Source: Saprolegnia diclina VS20
Taxonomy: Eukaryota
Assembly (NCBI RefSeq): GCF_000281045.1
Contig: NW_008246080.1
Coordinates: forward strand, 710,845-765,153
Length of the DNA: 54,309 nt
Direction: 5' to 3'
The notes beneath the pieces are model-generated. The model worked only from the letters and a program-made list of their open reading frames with translations. It was not told where the DNA came from and searched no databases. Position 1 is the stretch's first letter. Each line of letters opens with the position of its first letter. A program made the translations under genes and the position numbers. Positions 1-10,800 of the stretch are shown piece after piece.

Positions 1-324
1 GTGCGAGAGCCTCACGTTCGCGGTGGTCGATGGTGCCAAGCGCGGGAGGCAGGCGTCAATGATTTCGCCAAGTATGTACTTATGATTGTCGAGGTACCGC
101 TCTTCACAGAGGATGTTGGCCGCAGAAATGACCTTGCCGGGGTAGAGTGCAGTGATCTGCGCTGCCTGCTTGGCACCGAGCGGGCACGCGAGTGGCGCGT
201 CCAAGCCCGAGAGGCGGAAGAGGAAATGCGCCGGATACAGAAGCGCGTCAGAGGCGACAAACGCGCTCGGGTCTTGAAGCAGATCGTACGCGGCCTCGTA
301 CGCGGCAAGCGCGGGGTTCGACAT
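1..324 (-). CDS. Partial hypothetical protein (5' part; continues beyond window start), possibly a 2OG-Fe(II) oxygenase-associated Saprolegniales family
   Basis: Open minus-strand frame from ATG 324 to base 1, not listed in the ORF track: MSNPALAAYEAAYDLLQDPSAFVASDALLYPAHFLFRLSGLDAPLACPLGAKQAAQITALYPGKVISAANILCEERYL... Composition is protein-like; the family guess is weak. Confidence 0.55.
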   Translation of the reverse strand, partial: MSNPALAAYEAAYDLLQDPSAFVASDALLYPAHFLFRLSGLDAPLACPLGAKQAAQITALYPGKVISAANILCEERYLDNHKYILGEIIDACLPRLAPSTTANVRLSH

Positions 325-1283
325 CGCGTCAAAGTGCAAACTCTGCCACTTGTGTCCGGTATCCGGATATCCGGATATGGGTGCTGCCTCGTCTCGTCAC
401 GAATGCGCATCACTGGCCGCAGCGGTTTAAGTTGAGATCTGGAGGTGGTGGAAGAGCAAAGTCGACGACGTTTGGCAGCGAAGCGCTGTCCGTAGCAGAG
501 GATAGACGGTAGTCGGTCAAGCAGCACGTCGAGCGTCCTTGGTAGCAATGCCAGCCATCTCATCACCAATGCAACGACCGTGCAGATCTTTCATGCGCTG
601 TCGTAGGCGGCTTCGCAACCCTGAGCGTGACGTTCGGGATGACGGGTCGTTGGCAAGCTACGCTGCGATGCTCTCCGTACTCCAGGTGCAGTCGCAACAC
701 GGCTTCCTTGGGTTGCAGCAGCGACGCAACGACCCGAGGCTCGTCCCAACGATGGCTTGGTGGTGCGACTTTCGAACCTGTATCTAGCGTGTGACAATGT
801 CAGAGGTCCGATTCGTACAGTACATTGAAAGGTCCACTGGGTGGCGCCACGCCAGCACATAAAAGAGTGCTGCTCGAGTCACTCCATTGGGTGCTGCGTG
901 CCTGTGGGAAGGGGCGCTCTGTCTGGGTCTGGTCAGCCGACTGGTCTGGTGATGGTGCAACGTCTCCTCGTACCAGCCTGCGTCATCCCTAGCCATGGCT
1001 TCGTCGAGAAATGTGATCCGCGGACCAGATTCCCCACGGCAATCTCACGTGCCTGTCACAGAGGTTGAAGTTGACGCTTCCGCCGTTGTCCGGATAAACC
1101 TTTCGAAACGGATGTTGAGGTGGTCCCAACCACACTATTAAAATACCATATGGTTTGTAAGCTATAAAAAGAAAGCATCTTGATTTTGCACTATCAAATT
1201 TGACAGGCTGCGAGATTGCTCTCCAGCCGGCAAGGGCAAGTGCTGCAATCGCCGAGCCGCCGCCAGCACCGCAGCGAACGTCG

Positions 1284-2366
1284 ATGGGCGGGGAATCCAT
1301 GCTCGCTGTCTCTATCTCGCCGTCGCCGCCGCTGAAGAAGGTCCATTTCGATGTTGACAGTACGTCGGCTCCTTCTTCGTGGTCCTGACGCCTCGTGCTG
1401 GATCTAGTCGAAGCCGAGCTCTTCCAGCCGACGCATACCGTGTGCACGCCCAAGCTGCGCACGAACGGGCTCAAGTACCGCGCGCCCGACGCCCGCGTCG
1501 ACGTGAGCGAGACGCTGGCGCCGCCCAGCAGCGTGGCGAAACCCAACTACGACGACTCGCTCCGGCGCGTCGCGGTCGTCCTGTACCAGCACATTCGCCG
1601 CTGCGAGAAGCGGTTGCGTGCGCCACTACTGGGATCGACCATCCAGAGCGCAACGATCGCCGAGGCGCCGTCGTCGGTGGCCGAAGCCAGCCACGCGCTG
1701 CGCACCGAGTCGTTCGACGCGTCGACGGTCCACCCGACGAGCGGGCACCTTCCGGGCCTCCACCTCTCGGTCGACAAGGTGTTTGACGAAGAGCACTTTG
1801 TGTCGCCAACATACAAGTATACGTTCGTGCGGCTCCCGACGCTGCATCCGCTCTCGTACTACCGCATGGACAAGGTCAACTGCAAAACGCACATCCCGAG
1901 CGTCGAAGAGATCTTTCGCTTTTGCAAAAACCTCTTCAACCGCGCGCAGCTCAGCGCCGAGTGCACGATCGTATGCCTCATTTACATTGAGCGGCTCATG
2001 GAGCGGGCCAACATCCCGCTGCTCGGGTCGAGCTGGAAGCCCATTGTGCTCTGCGGGCTCTTGCTCGCGTCCAAAGTGTGGCAGGACCTCTCGTCGTGGA
2101 ACGTCGAGATTTCCAACATTTACCCGCAGTTCCCGCTGCACTGCATCAACCGCCTCGAACGCCTCTTTCTGCACTACATTCAGTGGGACCTCTACATCTC
2201 CGGGTCGGTCTACGCCAAGTACTACTTTGCGCTGCGGAGCTTGACAGAGAAGAAGGACTTTCGACGCCGGTACAATTACACCATCAAGATTGACCCGCCC
2301 AACTCCAAGCGCCTCGAAGAACGGTCGGCCGCCGTCAAGAACGAGCTCTATTCCCGTAGCTTGTAA
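1284..2366 (+). CDS. CCNY: Cyclin-Y-like protein
   Basis: Exon 1284-1359, intron 1360-1407 (GTACGT..CTAG), then joins ORF 1395..2366 in frame. Cyclin-Y box motifs: IFRFCKNLFNRAQLSAECTIVCLIYIERLM, WKPIVLCGLLLASKVWQDLSSWN, INRLERLFLHYIQWDLYISGSVYAKYYFALRSL. Confidence 0.9.
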
Positions 2367-2947
2367 TGTTTGTTGTTGTTGATTTTTGTTGATTTTTTGG
2401 GCCATTCAAGTTAGCAAGTTTGCCTGATGGACTACAAGCATCGGTCGTGTTGGGAGGCTCCGAACTTGACAGCGAAATGGCACATGACTTAGCGCGTCAT
2501 GGAAAGAGCCACGTGGTAGACGTCCCTGCCAACATTGCTGCCGCCGCCTGCTTTACCCCGCTCAAGATCCCCGTTTTTAGGCTGACCAAGCCCACGTAGC
2601 CGACCGTCCTGCACCGCGACCTCCAGTCGCTGACACCGATTCAGTCTCAGGGTCGACCTCGAGAAACGGCGTCGCTTTGTCGACGCCTGGAAGGTCTATA
2701 CGAGGTGCGGTGTCATGGGTGTCACTTGTGGCCACAAGCACCCCGGGGACTATAGAAGCGCCAGACGAGCCCTGCACCACCGCCTGCGCTACCACGGCCC
2801 GGCGAGCGCAAGCCGACGAAGTAGATTGCTGGGTTCTACGTATGCTAAGTCTTTGTGATAACGCAAAACATGTTTATAGTATGTTGGAGAGACGCACGAC
2901 AATAGTGTAATGCGAAAGAGTCGACAAACCTCGCGACGGGATATGCA

Positions 2948-5760
2948 TTAAATCGGGATTTTGTCGCCGTTGAGCTTGTAGTCCCAGCGCCGGCGAATGA
3001 GCTCGTGGAGCGACGTTTTGCCGAGCGTGGCCGCGATGCCGCCTTCGGTCACGTAGCTCACGAGCGAGTCGCGGGGCAAAGCGTAGAGATTCGCAAGTCC
3101 GTGCAGAAAATCAAAGTTGGCGTCCACGGACGGGTTGCGGTGCGGCCGAAACACTTGGCGGTAGGCGCTTATGTCCCTAGCCTCCATGTATCAACACTCT
3201 CCACTTGATACAAAAGGATACGTGAGGAGGACGCACGCGCCATCCGGATCAAATTTAAACCGCTTCATGTGCTGGATAAGCGTGTCCTTGAAGATGGCCG
3301 TGAGCCCCGTGATAAACTGTACTCGGTTCGTGAGCTCCTAACGTATTTTTCCACAGTTGAAACATTGAAACATTGAAAGAGGCATACGAGCGCGTCGGCC
3401 GCCACCGTTAGGAGCGGAGAGAGGTAGGCCACGACCTGCTTGCACGCCTTGGTCGTCGACAAGGACACGGCCCCCGTCTTGCTGAGAAAGTCCGACTTGT
3501 CCTGCGCCGCACTGTGCCAACGGAAACATGATGGTGATGAAGGGTATAAGCATTGCGCTACTATGCACCTCAAGATGGCGACGAGGCTCTTCTCGATGGC
3601 TAAGAACGTCTTTTGCAAGCCAAATGCCACGTGTCCTTCGAGTGTCTCAAGCGTTGTGCGCTTGGCTTCCACGCAGACCCTACCCTCGCATGGATAGATA
3701 TACACAAACCCATAGAGACATTTCATTTTAGCAACGTACGTTTGAACGGTCGGGGCACTCGTCAGCGCCGGCGCAATGCTCGCATGGTACTGACGGTCAA
3801 ACGACGCCACATGTTGAATCAAATGCTACGCACGTCCTGCGTACCGACGATCGAATGCGCGTCGAAAGTACCTTGAGAATGACAAAGAAGCGCGTCGCCG
3901 ACTCCATACAGAGCAGTGGTTCTTGCACGAGCTCGTGCGCGAGGTTGCACATTTTCTACGTATTTTCCCATTATTTTTCCGAATTTGCCCAATGTTTCAA
4001 AATTTGAGATGTACCGAGAGATAGGCATCGCCGATGGTCGCACAGTAGAGACCAAACGCTTTGACGTAAAAGTCGACGAGGAGGTCGCTCTTGTGCAAGA
4101 CAATGTCGCCGCGGGCCGTCGTTGCCTACGCCCAAAGCAGGTCATGCAACCCTACCCCTCCTTCCATTTTCAAATCGACCTCGAGCGCAGCGGCAAAGCG
4201 CGCCGGTACCGACGTGTCTTGTGCAATCGCCAGCAGCGTCTCGTAAAACTGCACGTCTTGCTTCTCGGCCTTGGTCTTTTCGGCTTTGGCCGCCGCTGAC
4301 GGACTCGACGGCGGCGTGTCACTCGCTGCTGCCTTGAGTTTGCTCTTGTTTTGCTTGCCAAATGGCGCGACAGGAAATTGCACGCTGTGCAACGTGGTCG
4401 CAAACGCTGTCTCGAGGAGCTCGAGCTCGATCGACATGTACGTGGCGCGGTGCGCGCCAAAGAGCGTCTGCAGCTGCGCTTCCAGGAAAGCATCCATGCG
4501 CGGGCGTTGATTGGGGTCGTCGATCAGCGCCGCGATCGCGTCCGTGAGCTTCTCTGCCTTCTCAAACGTCCACGTCAGCGTCTCGACGTAGGCCTGGGCG
4601 GGCGACGTCGTCAAGAGGCGCTCCAAATGCGACAAGATGCCGAACGCTGGGTCGTGATACAGCCGTGCCACGAGGGTCTCCCGGACGTACGCGACGACGC
4701 TGGATGGAAAGATGCGTGGTACGACTGCAAATTGCTGCTTGCAGATCGCGCGCAGCTTGGTACAGAGCGCGTCCATGTCTTGCGCTGGATCCACCGAGTC
4801 GAGCGCGAGACGATTCCTACGTCACCGCCATGGCACCCGCGTCCTTCTGACTGGGTATATAGAAATGTACTTGGTGAGTCGCTCCTGGATGATGTTCCAG
4901 ACGTAGCGGTCGGCAACCTTGTCCTTGCCATTGTACGCCAGCAGCGACTGGACGTTGAGCTGCATCGTCTCGAAGTCTTGCGAGTTGCCGACGCCGTGGA
5001 GCTCCTGCTCTTGCGCTTCACTGAACCCGTTCAAAAGGTCGGTCTCGATGCTCTGCGTGAGCCGGTCAATCTCGGCGATGGCACCTTGGGTCGCGGCCGA
5101 CGGTGTGAGCTCCTCGGCAAACTCTTGTAGCTTCTTGAGCACACGGCACGCCTACGCGGGATAAGCCACCGTGGATATATTCGCGCGTGGCGCACGTCGT
5201 GTATCTGGGTAGGGTCGCGTAGCGTGTTGAAGAGCTTGTTGGTCGTCTTCTTGGCGCTCACCGGCGCATTGAGCAGTTGAATGACTTCGAGGAGCTCGTT
5301 CGTCTCGAGGGCGCGGGACTTTTCCTTGTCAATGATGGCGAGCCGGTCGCCTAGCGCGTGGTATATGCATCTGTTCAGTAAGCAAGCATGTACCAATGAC
5401 GACGGCCGACGAGCTGACTTTGGTGAACCGATCTTCGAGCTCGTCCATCTCGCTGCACACCGTCTACGCAGCTTCGGTCGTGACGCTCGCAAGGCATGTC
5501 GGTACCTGCAACAGCCGCTCTGGTGCACGCAGGTTGTCGTGGTATCTGGCTGCCGCTGCTGCGCTCTGCTTGGTGAGGTCTGCAATCCTCGCGTTGAGGA
5601 CGTGGCGCTGCGACGTGAGCTTGTCAATCGTCGCCTGGAAGACTGCGTCCAAGCTGTGGAGGTCGCCGGTCGTCGCGCAGAGCTCGTCAAGCAGCACGTC
5701 GCACGAGTACTCGTCATCGGCGCCGGCGCCGAGGAGCTTGGCGAGCTCGGCGCTGGTCAT
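2948..5760 (-). CDS. SEC10: Exocyst complex component Sec10 (EXOC5), multi-exon
   Basis: Helical exon ORFs 5464-5760, ~5031-5360, 4822-5142, 4126-4794, ~3265-3900 and 2948-3187. N-terminal coiled coil then LGDRLAIIDKEKSRALETNELL. C-terminal AIFKDTLIQHMKRFKFDPDGACVLL-RDISAYRQVF..FDFLHGLANLYALP..LIRRRWDY matches the Sec10 C-terminus pattern. Confidence 0.8.
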
Positions 5761-6924
5761 CTCGCCGCGTGGCACGATCTTTCCGGATAAAAATATCGAA
5801 GCCACAAATATATCAAATATATCGAACAATCTGTGCCACTTGTCGATTCTGAGTTGGCGAAGCGATGACGCGCCGTGGACGGCTGGCACTGAGCACCCTA
5901 CGACCACCTTCGCGCCAAGCGCCGGTCTCTGGATGGCTGTACGTACTGGCTGCTTGTCGAACGAGGGCCAGTGCGTGCGCCACCGTATTTTCCCTGAATT
6001 CGACGACCAGCCAGACCCAATAGCGACCGATGGTGGTCGTTTGTTGTCGGCCGAGAAAAGGCAGCGCTACGCACGCTACCCATGGACGGGCGCGCAGATT
6101 ACTGCATTGCTCAACTGGTTTCCCGGAGCATGCTGCCTGGCCACCAAGAGGGACTGCGTCGACATAGTCGTCGCGCTATCATCCCAAGGGTCCTGTGACC
6201 AGTCGCCATTGGCTACTCCTTGGGCTGGTGCTGGCCGACGGCCACGAACCTCGAACGGTCAATGCAAGATACTGAAAGAAGAGGACCAGAAGCATGGCTT
6301 CAACTTTTGGCCAGCATCCTAATTAGGCACATGCCGATGATTGGACGCTAGCATTCGGCATCGAGTTGCCGCGTCTCTGGGTCGCATTTTGGTGGCAGGA
6401 TGAGGAATGGCCTCGTCGCTGGTGTCGCAAGCGTCGGATGCGACGATGGATGACACGTCGTATGACATGGCTTTACTCTTCTGCAGTCGACTACAGTATT
6501 CGTACATGGTATACTGCCAAGACGACATACCCTGCCGTGGATCCAGCGGCTTGGAAAAACGCTGGTTTGAAACACTGTGTGGCACTCTGGCCCGTCCGCT
6601 CACGCGGCTGTAGCGCATCGCATTTGCGCGCCGAGAAGGTTCGATGACGAGCCCGCTCTCAGCGGCCGCTTCGAAACCCGATGAAGCAATGTAGAGATAG
6701 CCAGCGTCGCCATCGACGGGCGCCATAGATCGTGCACGTTGGTGATGCCCTCTTAAAATCGGCATGTGCCGCGAAATCCGAATTTCGGCAAGGTGTCTGG
6801 AATTTCCGGCCTTTTGATTGGTCCGTCGATAAAATTACAAACCGCGAGCACTGAAACCTCGGGCAAAGTACAGTACAAGTCGGTGGTTTCTCCAGTGTAC
6901 TAGATCCGCCGCCGAGGATCTCCG

Positions 6925-6951
6925 ACAACGACGACGACGACGACGACGACC
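6925..6951. repeat. (GAC)n microsatellite upstream of DadA-like copy 1
   Basis: gacaacgacgacgacgacgacgacgac seen directly. Confidence 0.8.
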
Positions 6952-7026
6952 TCGACGCCTCCAGCAACTTGGCTCCCACTCGCTTCCTCGGCCCGCCCGT
7001 CCTCGTGGCCATCTTCCATCTTTGAC

Positions 7027-8509
7027 ATGAGCGCCAGCAAGAACCACCGGTCGTCCGCGGCCATGCGGGGCATCGACGCGCCGCCCCGATCGGCCACGTG
7101 CCACCAACGCGTCGTCGTGCTAGGCGGTGGCATCATTGGCCTCACGACCTGCTACTATCTCGCCAAGCGCGGACACGAAGTCGTGTGCATCGAAAAGGAG
7201 AGCCAAGTCGGCATGCTCGCGTCCTTCAAGAATGGCACGTTCTTCGACTCGACGCTCTACAGCAGCTGGGCCGACTTTTCCGTGCTCTATCGCAAGCAGA
7301 TTCACGCGGGCACGTCGTCGCCCAAGGCCAAGTCCAAGCAAAAGGCCTTCCGCATCGAGGCGGCCGCGTGGATGGACCCGGCGTTCTGGTCGTGGGGCCT
7401 CAAGTTTATGACGAGCGCGACCAGCCGCCGGGCCAAAGACAATGGCCGCAAGATCCGCGACCTCGGCTTCTACAGCCAGCGCAAGCTCGACGAGCTCATT
7501 CGCATGCACCCCGAGATTGAAGAGGCCATGGAACAGACCGCCGAAGGCACGCTTGAAGTCTTCGAGTCGGCCGCCGAGCGCGACGAAGTGATGCACTCGG
7601 ACCGCATTTACCACTGCATGGAGTACCGCCTCCCGCTGCAGCCACTCGACGCCAAGGACGCGGCCTGCGTCGAGCCCGCGCTGGCCAAGTCGGTGCTCGC
7701 ACCCGGGGCTATCTACTCGGCCACTGGCACCAACGGTGCGTCTCGTGTCACCCTCGCTCTTTCGACGCCGATTGCGTTCTTGTAGGCGACGTGCACAAGA
7801 CGTGTCTGGCCATGTGGCAGCTCTGCCGGCAGCACGGCGTCATGTTCCGCTTCAACACGGACATCACTGACATCCTCATCGTCGACAACCGCGTCGTGGC
7901 CGTCCAAGCCCACGACGGCGACCTCATTGAAGGCGACTCGTTCGTGCTCGCGCTCGGCAACCACACACCGGCGGTCGCCAAGCTCGCCGGCGTCAAACTG
8001 CCCATGTACCCCGTCAAGGTAGGATGCGTACACCGAACCTCGTCTCTGATCGCGTTGCGGGGTAGGGGTATGTGCTGAGTGTCCCGCGCAACGAAGCGTT
8101 CCCGCCGCTCACGTGCAACGTGTACGCCGGTGGGAACGCCCTCGTGTCGCCCATGGCCGACGGCTCGCTGCGGATATCGGGCGGCGCGGACTTTGCCGGG
8201 TTCAACTACAAGAGCGACCCGAAGCGGGTCAAGTGGCTCTTGAAGCAGGCCAAGCACCTCTTCCCCGAGACGTACCTCGACGAGGCCAAGCTCGAGTCGC
8301 ACGTGTGTCTTCGGCCGGTCAGCGCGGACGACGTGCCGTTCATTGGCCAAACGCTCGTCGACAACCTCTTTGTCAACACGGGTCATGGCTCCAAGGGCTG
8401 GACGCTCTCGTTCGGGTCCGGCGCGCTCCTCGCCGACCAGATCAGCGGCCGGACACCCGAGATCAACATTGAAAAGTACTCGCCGTTGCGCTTTGGCCTC
8501 TTTAGTTAG
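7027..8509 (+). CDS. dadA: D-amino acid dehydrogenase (DadA-like, DAO-family FAD oxidoreductase), copy 1, two introns
   Basis: FAD motif VVVLGGGIIGLTTCYYLAKRGHEVVCIEK; C-terminal CLRPVSADDVPFIG and NTGHGSKGWTLSFGSGALLAD, resembling bacterial DadA GLRPMTPDG and NTGHGTLGWTMACGSG. Introns 7736-7785 and 8019-8065 restore TNG-DVHK and PVK-GYVL. Confidence 0.85.
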
Positions 8510-9399
8510 TCGACGACCCCACACAGCATCCCAACTATCGGGTCGATTGAAGACCCGCCCTTCCCACCCTTGTAGGCCACGATTGCGTCCTTAGTTTAAG
8601 CTCTAATATGTATTCCTTCACGCACTCGTGCGCGACACGGCCTCTGTAGAATCAACGCAGAGCTACTCCAATTACATGTAATACCAAGTAGCCATCTACT
8701 GTAGTCGTCGTCGCCAGTGTACCGTACGCCACGTCGAAGTCGAAGGACGCAGTGACAAGTGCGTCCATCGATTCATAATGCCACGCTCCGACACTTGGAC
8801 TTGCTGGGTGCCCACATGGGATCGTCGTAGTAAGAAGTGGCGCCAGGAAGGTGCTGTGATGCACGCACGCGTGAGGCCAGGGCAAGAACGTACGGCCAGG
8901 AAAACCCGGTGATGGTGCAGCCGCATCCGAGTCCGACCCGACCGCTCGCTTCCTTGAGGTCGACATGTCCCGATGCGAGACACTTGCGGGCGTTCCTATG
9001 TGGCTGCGGAAATTTGGCAAGCGCCATCCACGCTTGCACCGCGTCGGCCAAGTCCACTCTTTTCAAGTGTCGCCGACGGCAACTTGAAGCGAATAAGGAG
9101 CTGCGTGACACTCGCATTACGCGCTTTTGGTCGCGGAATTGGTGGTCGCCGCGAAGAGGCCAGTGCAATATGCGTGCTTGATGGGCGTCCCACTCCTGCC
9201 GTGGACATGTCGAGTTACCAACGCGAGGATGGGTCTGGACACGTTCTGTCGGCAGGATCTCTGTACTTGATTGTTGTGAAGATGGTCTTTCGTCGATTAG
9301 TGCACTCGAATAGTCGAAAGGCAAGGAACCGAAGGATTGAGAAATGGTAAAAACTAAATAATACGACAATATATTTCATAGGGCGTCTAGGGCTCACGA

Positions 9400-10800
9400 C
9401 TAGGGTTGGGGTTGCGTCGTCGCAAAGAGGCCAAAGCGCAACGGCGAGTACTTTTCAATGTTGATCTCGGGCGCGCGGCCGCTGATTTGGTCGGCGAGGA
9501 GCGCGCCGGCGCCAAACGCGAGTGTCCAGCCCCGCGAGCCGTGGCCGGCGTTGATAAATAAGTTTTCGATAAGCGTCTGGCCGATCAGCGGCACTTCGTC
9601 GGCGCTCACCGGCCGCAGACACACCTGCGTCGTCATCTTGGCTTCGTCGAGGTACCCGTCGGGAAAGCACTTTTTGGCGTGCGAGAGCAAGGACGCGACG
9701 CGCTTGGCGTCCTTCTTGTAGTTGAAGCCCGTGATGTCGGCGCCGCCCGAGATGCGAACCATGTCGTCGCGCTCGGGCGAGATGAGCGCTTGCCCGCCCG
9801 CATAGACGTTGCACTTGAGCGGCGTCGCATTCGGTGTCGTCGGCACGCGCAGCACGTAGCCTTTGATCGGGTACATGGGCAGCTTGACGCCGGCGAGCTT
9901 GGCAACCGACGACGTGTGGTTGCCGAGCGCCAAGACAAACGAATCGCCCTCGATCAGGTCGCCGTTCCGGACTTGGACGGCCACGACGCGGTCGTCGACG
10001 ACGAGAACGTCTTCGATCTCGGTATTGCAGCGGAACATGACGCCGTGTCGCTTGCAGAGCTGCGCGAGCGCAAGGCACGTCTTGTGCACGTCGCCGTTGG
10101 TACCAATGGGCGAAAACATGGCGCCGAGCCGGATCGCATCCGGGCGCAGCGCCGGCTCAATTGCGCGGCCCTCGGTCGCGTCGACGGGCTGCAGCGGGTA
10201 TCGGTACTCCATGCAGTGCTTGATGCGGTCCGAGTCCATGATCTCTTCGGCCGTGCTCGCGGCCGCAAAGAGCTCGAGCGTACCTTCGGCGACCGAGTCG
10301 AGCTCGTCCTCGAGCTCCGGGAACATGCGGAAGAGCTCTTGCAGCTTGCGCTGGCTGTAAAAGTCGAGGTCGCGCGTCTTGCGCATGTTGTCCTTGGCCT
10401 TCTTGCTCGACATGTTGAGCATAAACTTGACGCCCCACGACCAAAAAGACGGGTCGAGCCATGCGCGCGGGTGCACGCGGAACGGCTTGTGCTTGGCGTG
10501 GTGCTTCTGGTACAGAAGCGACATGTCGGCCCAGCTCGAGTAGAGCGTCGCGTCAAAGTACGTGCCGTCGTTGGCCGCGGACGCTGTGCAGCCGACGCTG
10601 GCCTCGCGCTCGATGCAGACGACCTCGTGGCCCTTGCGCGCAAGGTAGTAGCACGTTGCTAGACCGACGATGCCGCCGCCGCACACAACGACGCGGTGCG
10701 GCTGGGCCAGGACGCGTGGCGCGTCAAAGCCTCTTGTGACCGCGGACCCGCGGTGGGTGCGACCTTTCATCGGCGGCCGAATTCGAGGAATGGCGTCCAT
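9400..10800 (-). CDS. dadA: D-amino acid dehydrogenase (DadA-like), copy 2, intronless
   Basis: Single ORF (within 9400..10845; ATG at 10800, MDAIPRIRPP). Motifs VVVCGGGIVGLATCYYLARKG, CLRPVSADEVPLIG, NAGHGSRGWTLAFGAGALLAD; colinear paralog of copy 1. Confidence 0.88.
   Translation of the reverse strand: MDAIPRIRPPMKGRTHRGSAVTRGFDAPRVLAQPHRVVVCGGGIVGLATCYYLARKGHEVVCIEREASVGCTASAANDGTYFDATLYSSWADMSLLYQKHHAKHKPFRVHPRAWLDPSFWSWGVKFMLNMSSKKAKDNMRKTRDLDFYSQRKLQELFRMFPELEDELDSVAEGTLELFAAASTAEEIMDSDRIKHCMEYRYPLQPVDATEGRAIEPALRPDAIRLGAMFSPIGTNGDVHKTCLALAQLCKRHGVMFRCNTEIEDVLVVDDRVVAVQVRNGDLIEGDSFVLALGNHTSSVAKLAGVKLPMYPIKGYVLRVPTTPNATPLKCNVYAGGQALISPERDDMVRISGGADITGFNYKKDAKRVASLLSHAKKCFPDGYLDEAKMTTQVCLRPVSADEVPLIGQTLIENLFINAGHGSRGWTLAFGAGALLADQISGRAPEINIEKYSPLRFGLFATTQPQP

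Noticed and set aside
352..378. Short atccggat tandem/palindromic repeat
   Set aside because: Only ~3 imperfect units upstream of a gene; no further structure.
12..569. 185-aa minus ORF and 1..435 plus ORF
   Set aside because: Arg/Ser-rich off-frame translations; the protein-like frame is the one starting at ATG 324.
5900..6700. Plus-strand peptide YPWTGAQITALLNWF resembling a Myb/SANT-like helix, plus small ORFs
   Set aside because: Single weak motif, no coherent gene model and no transposase partner visible.
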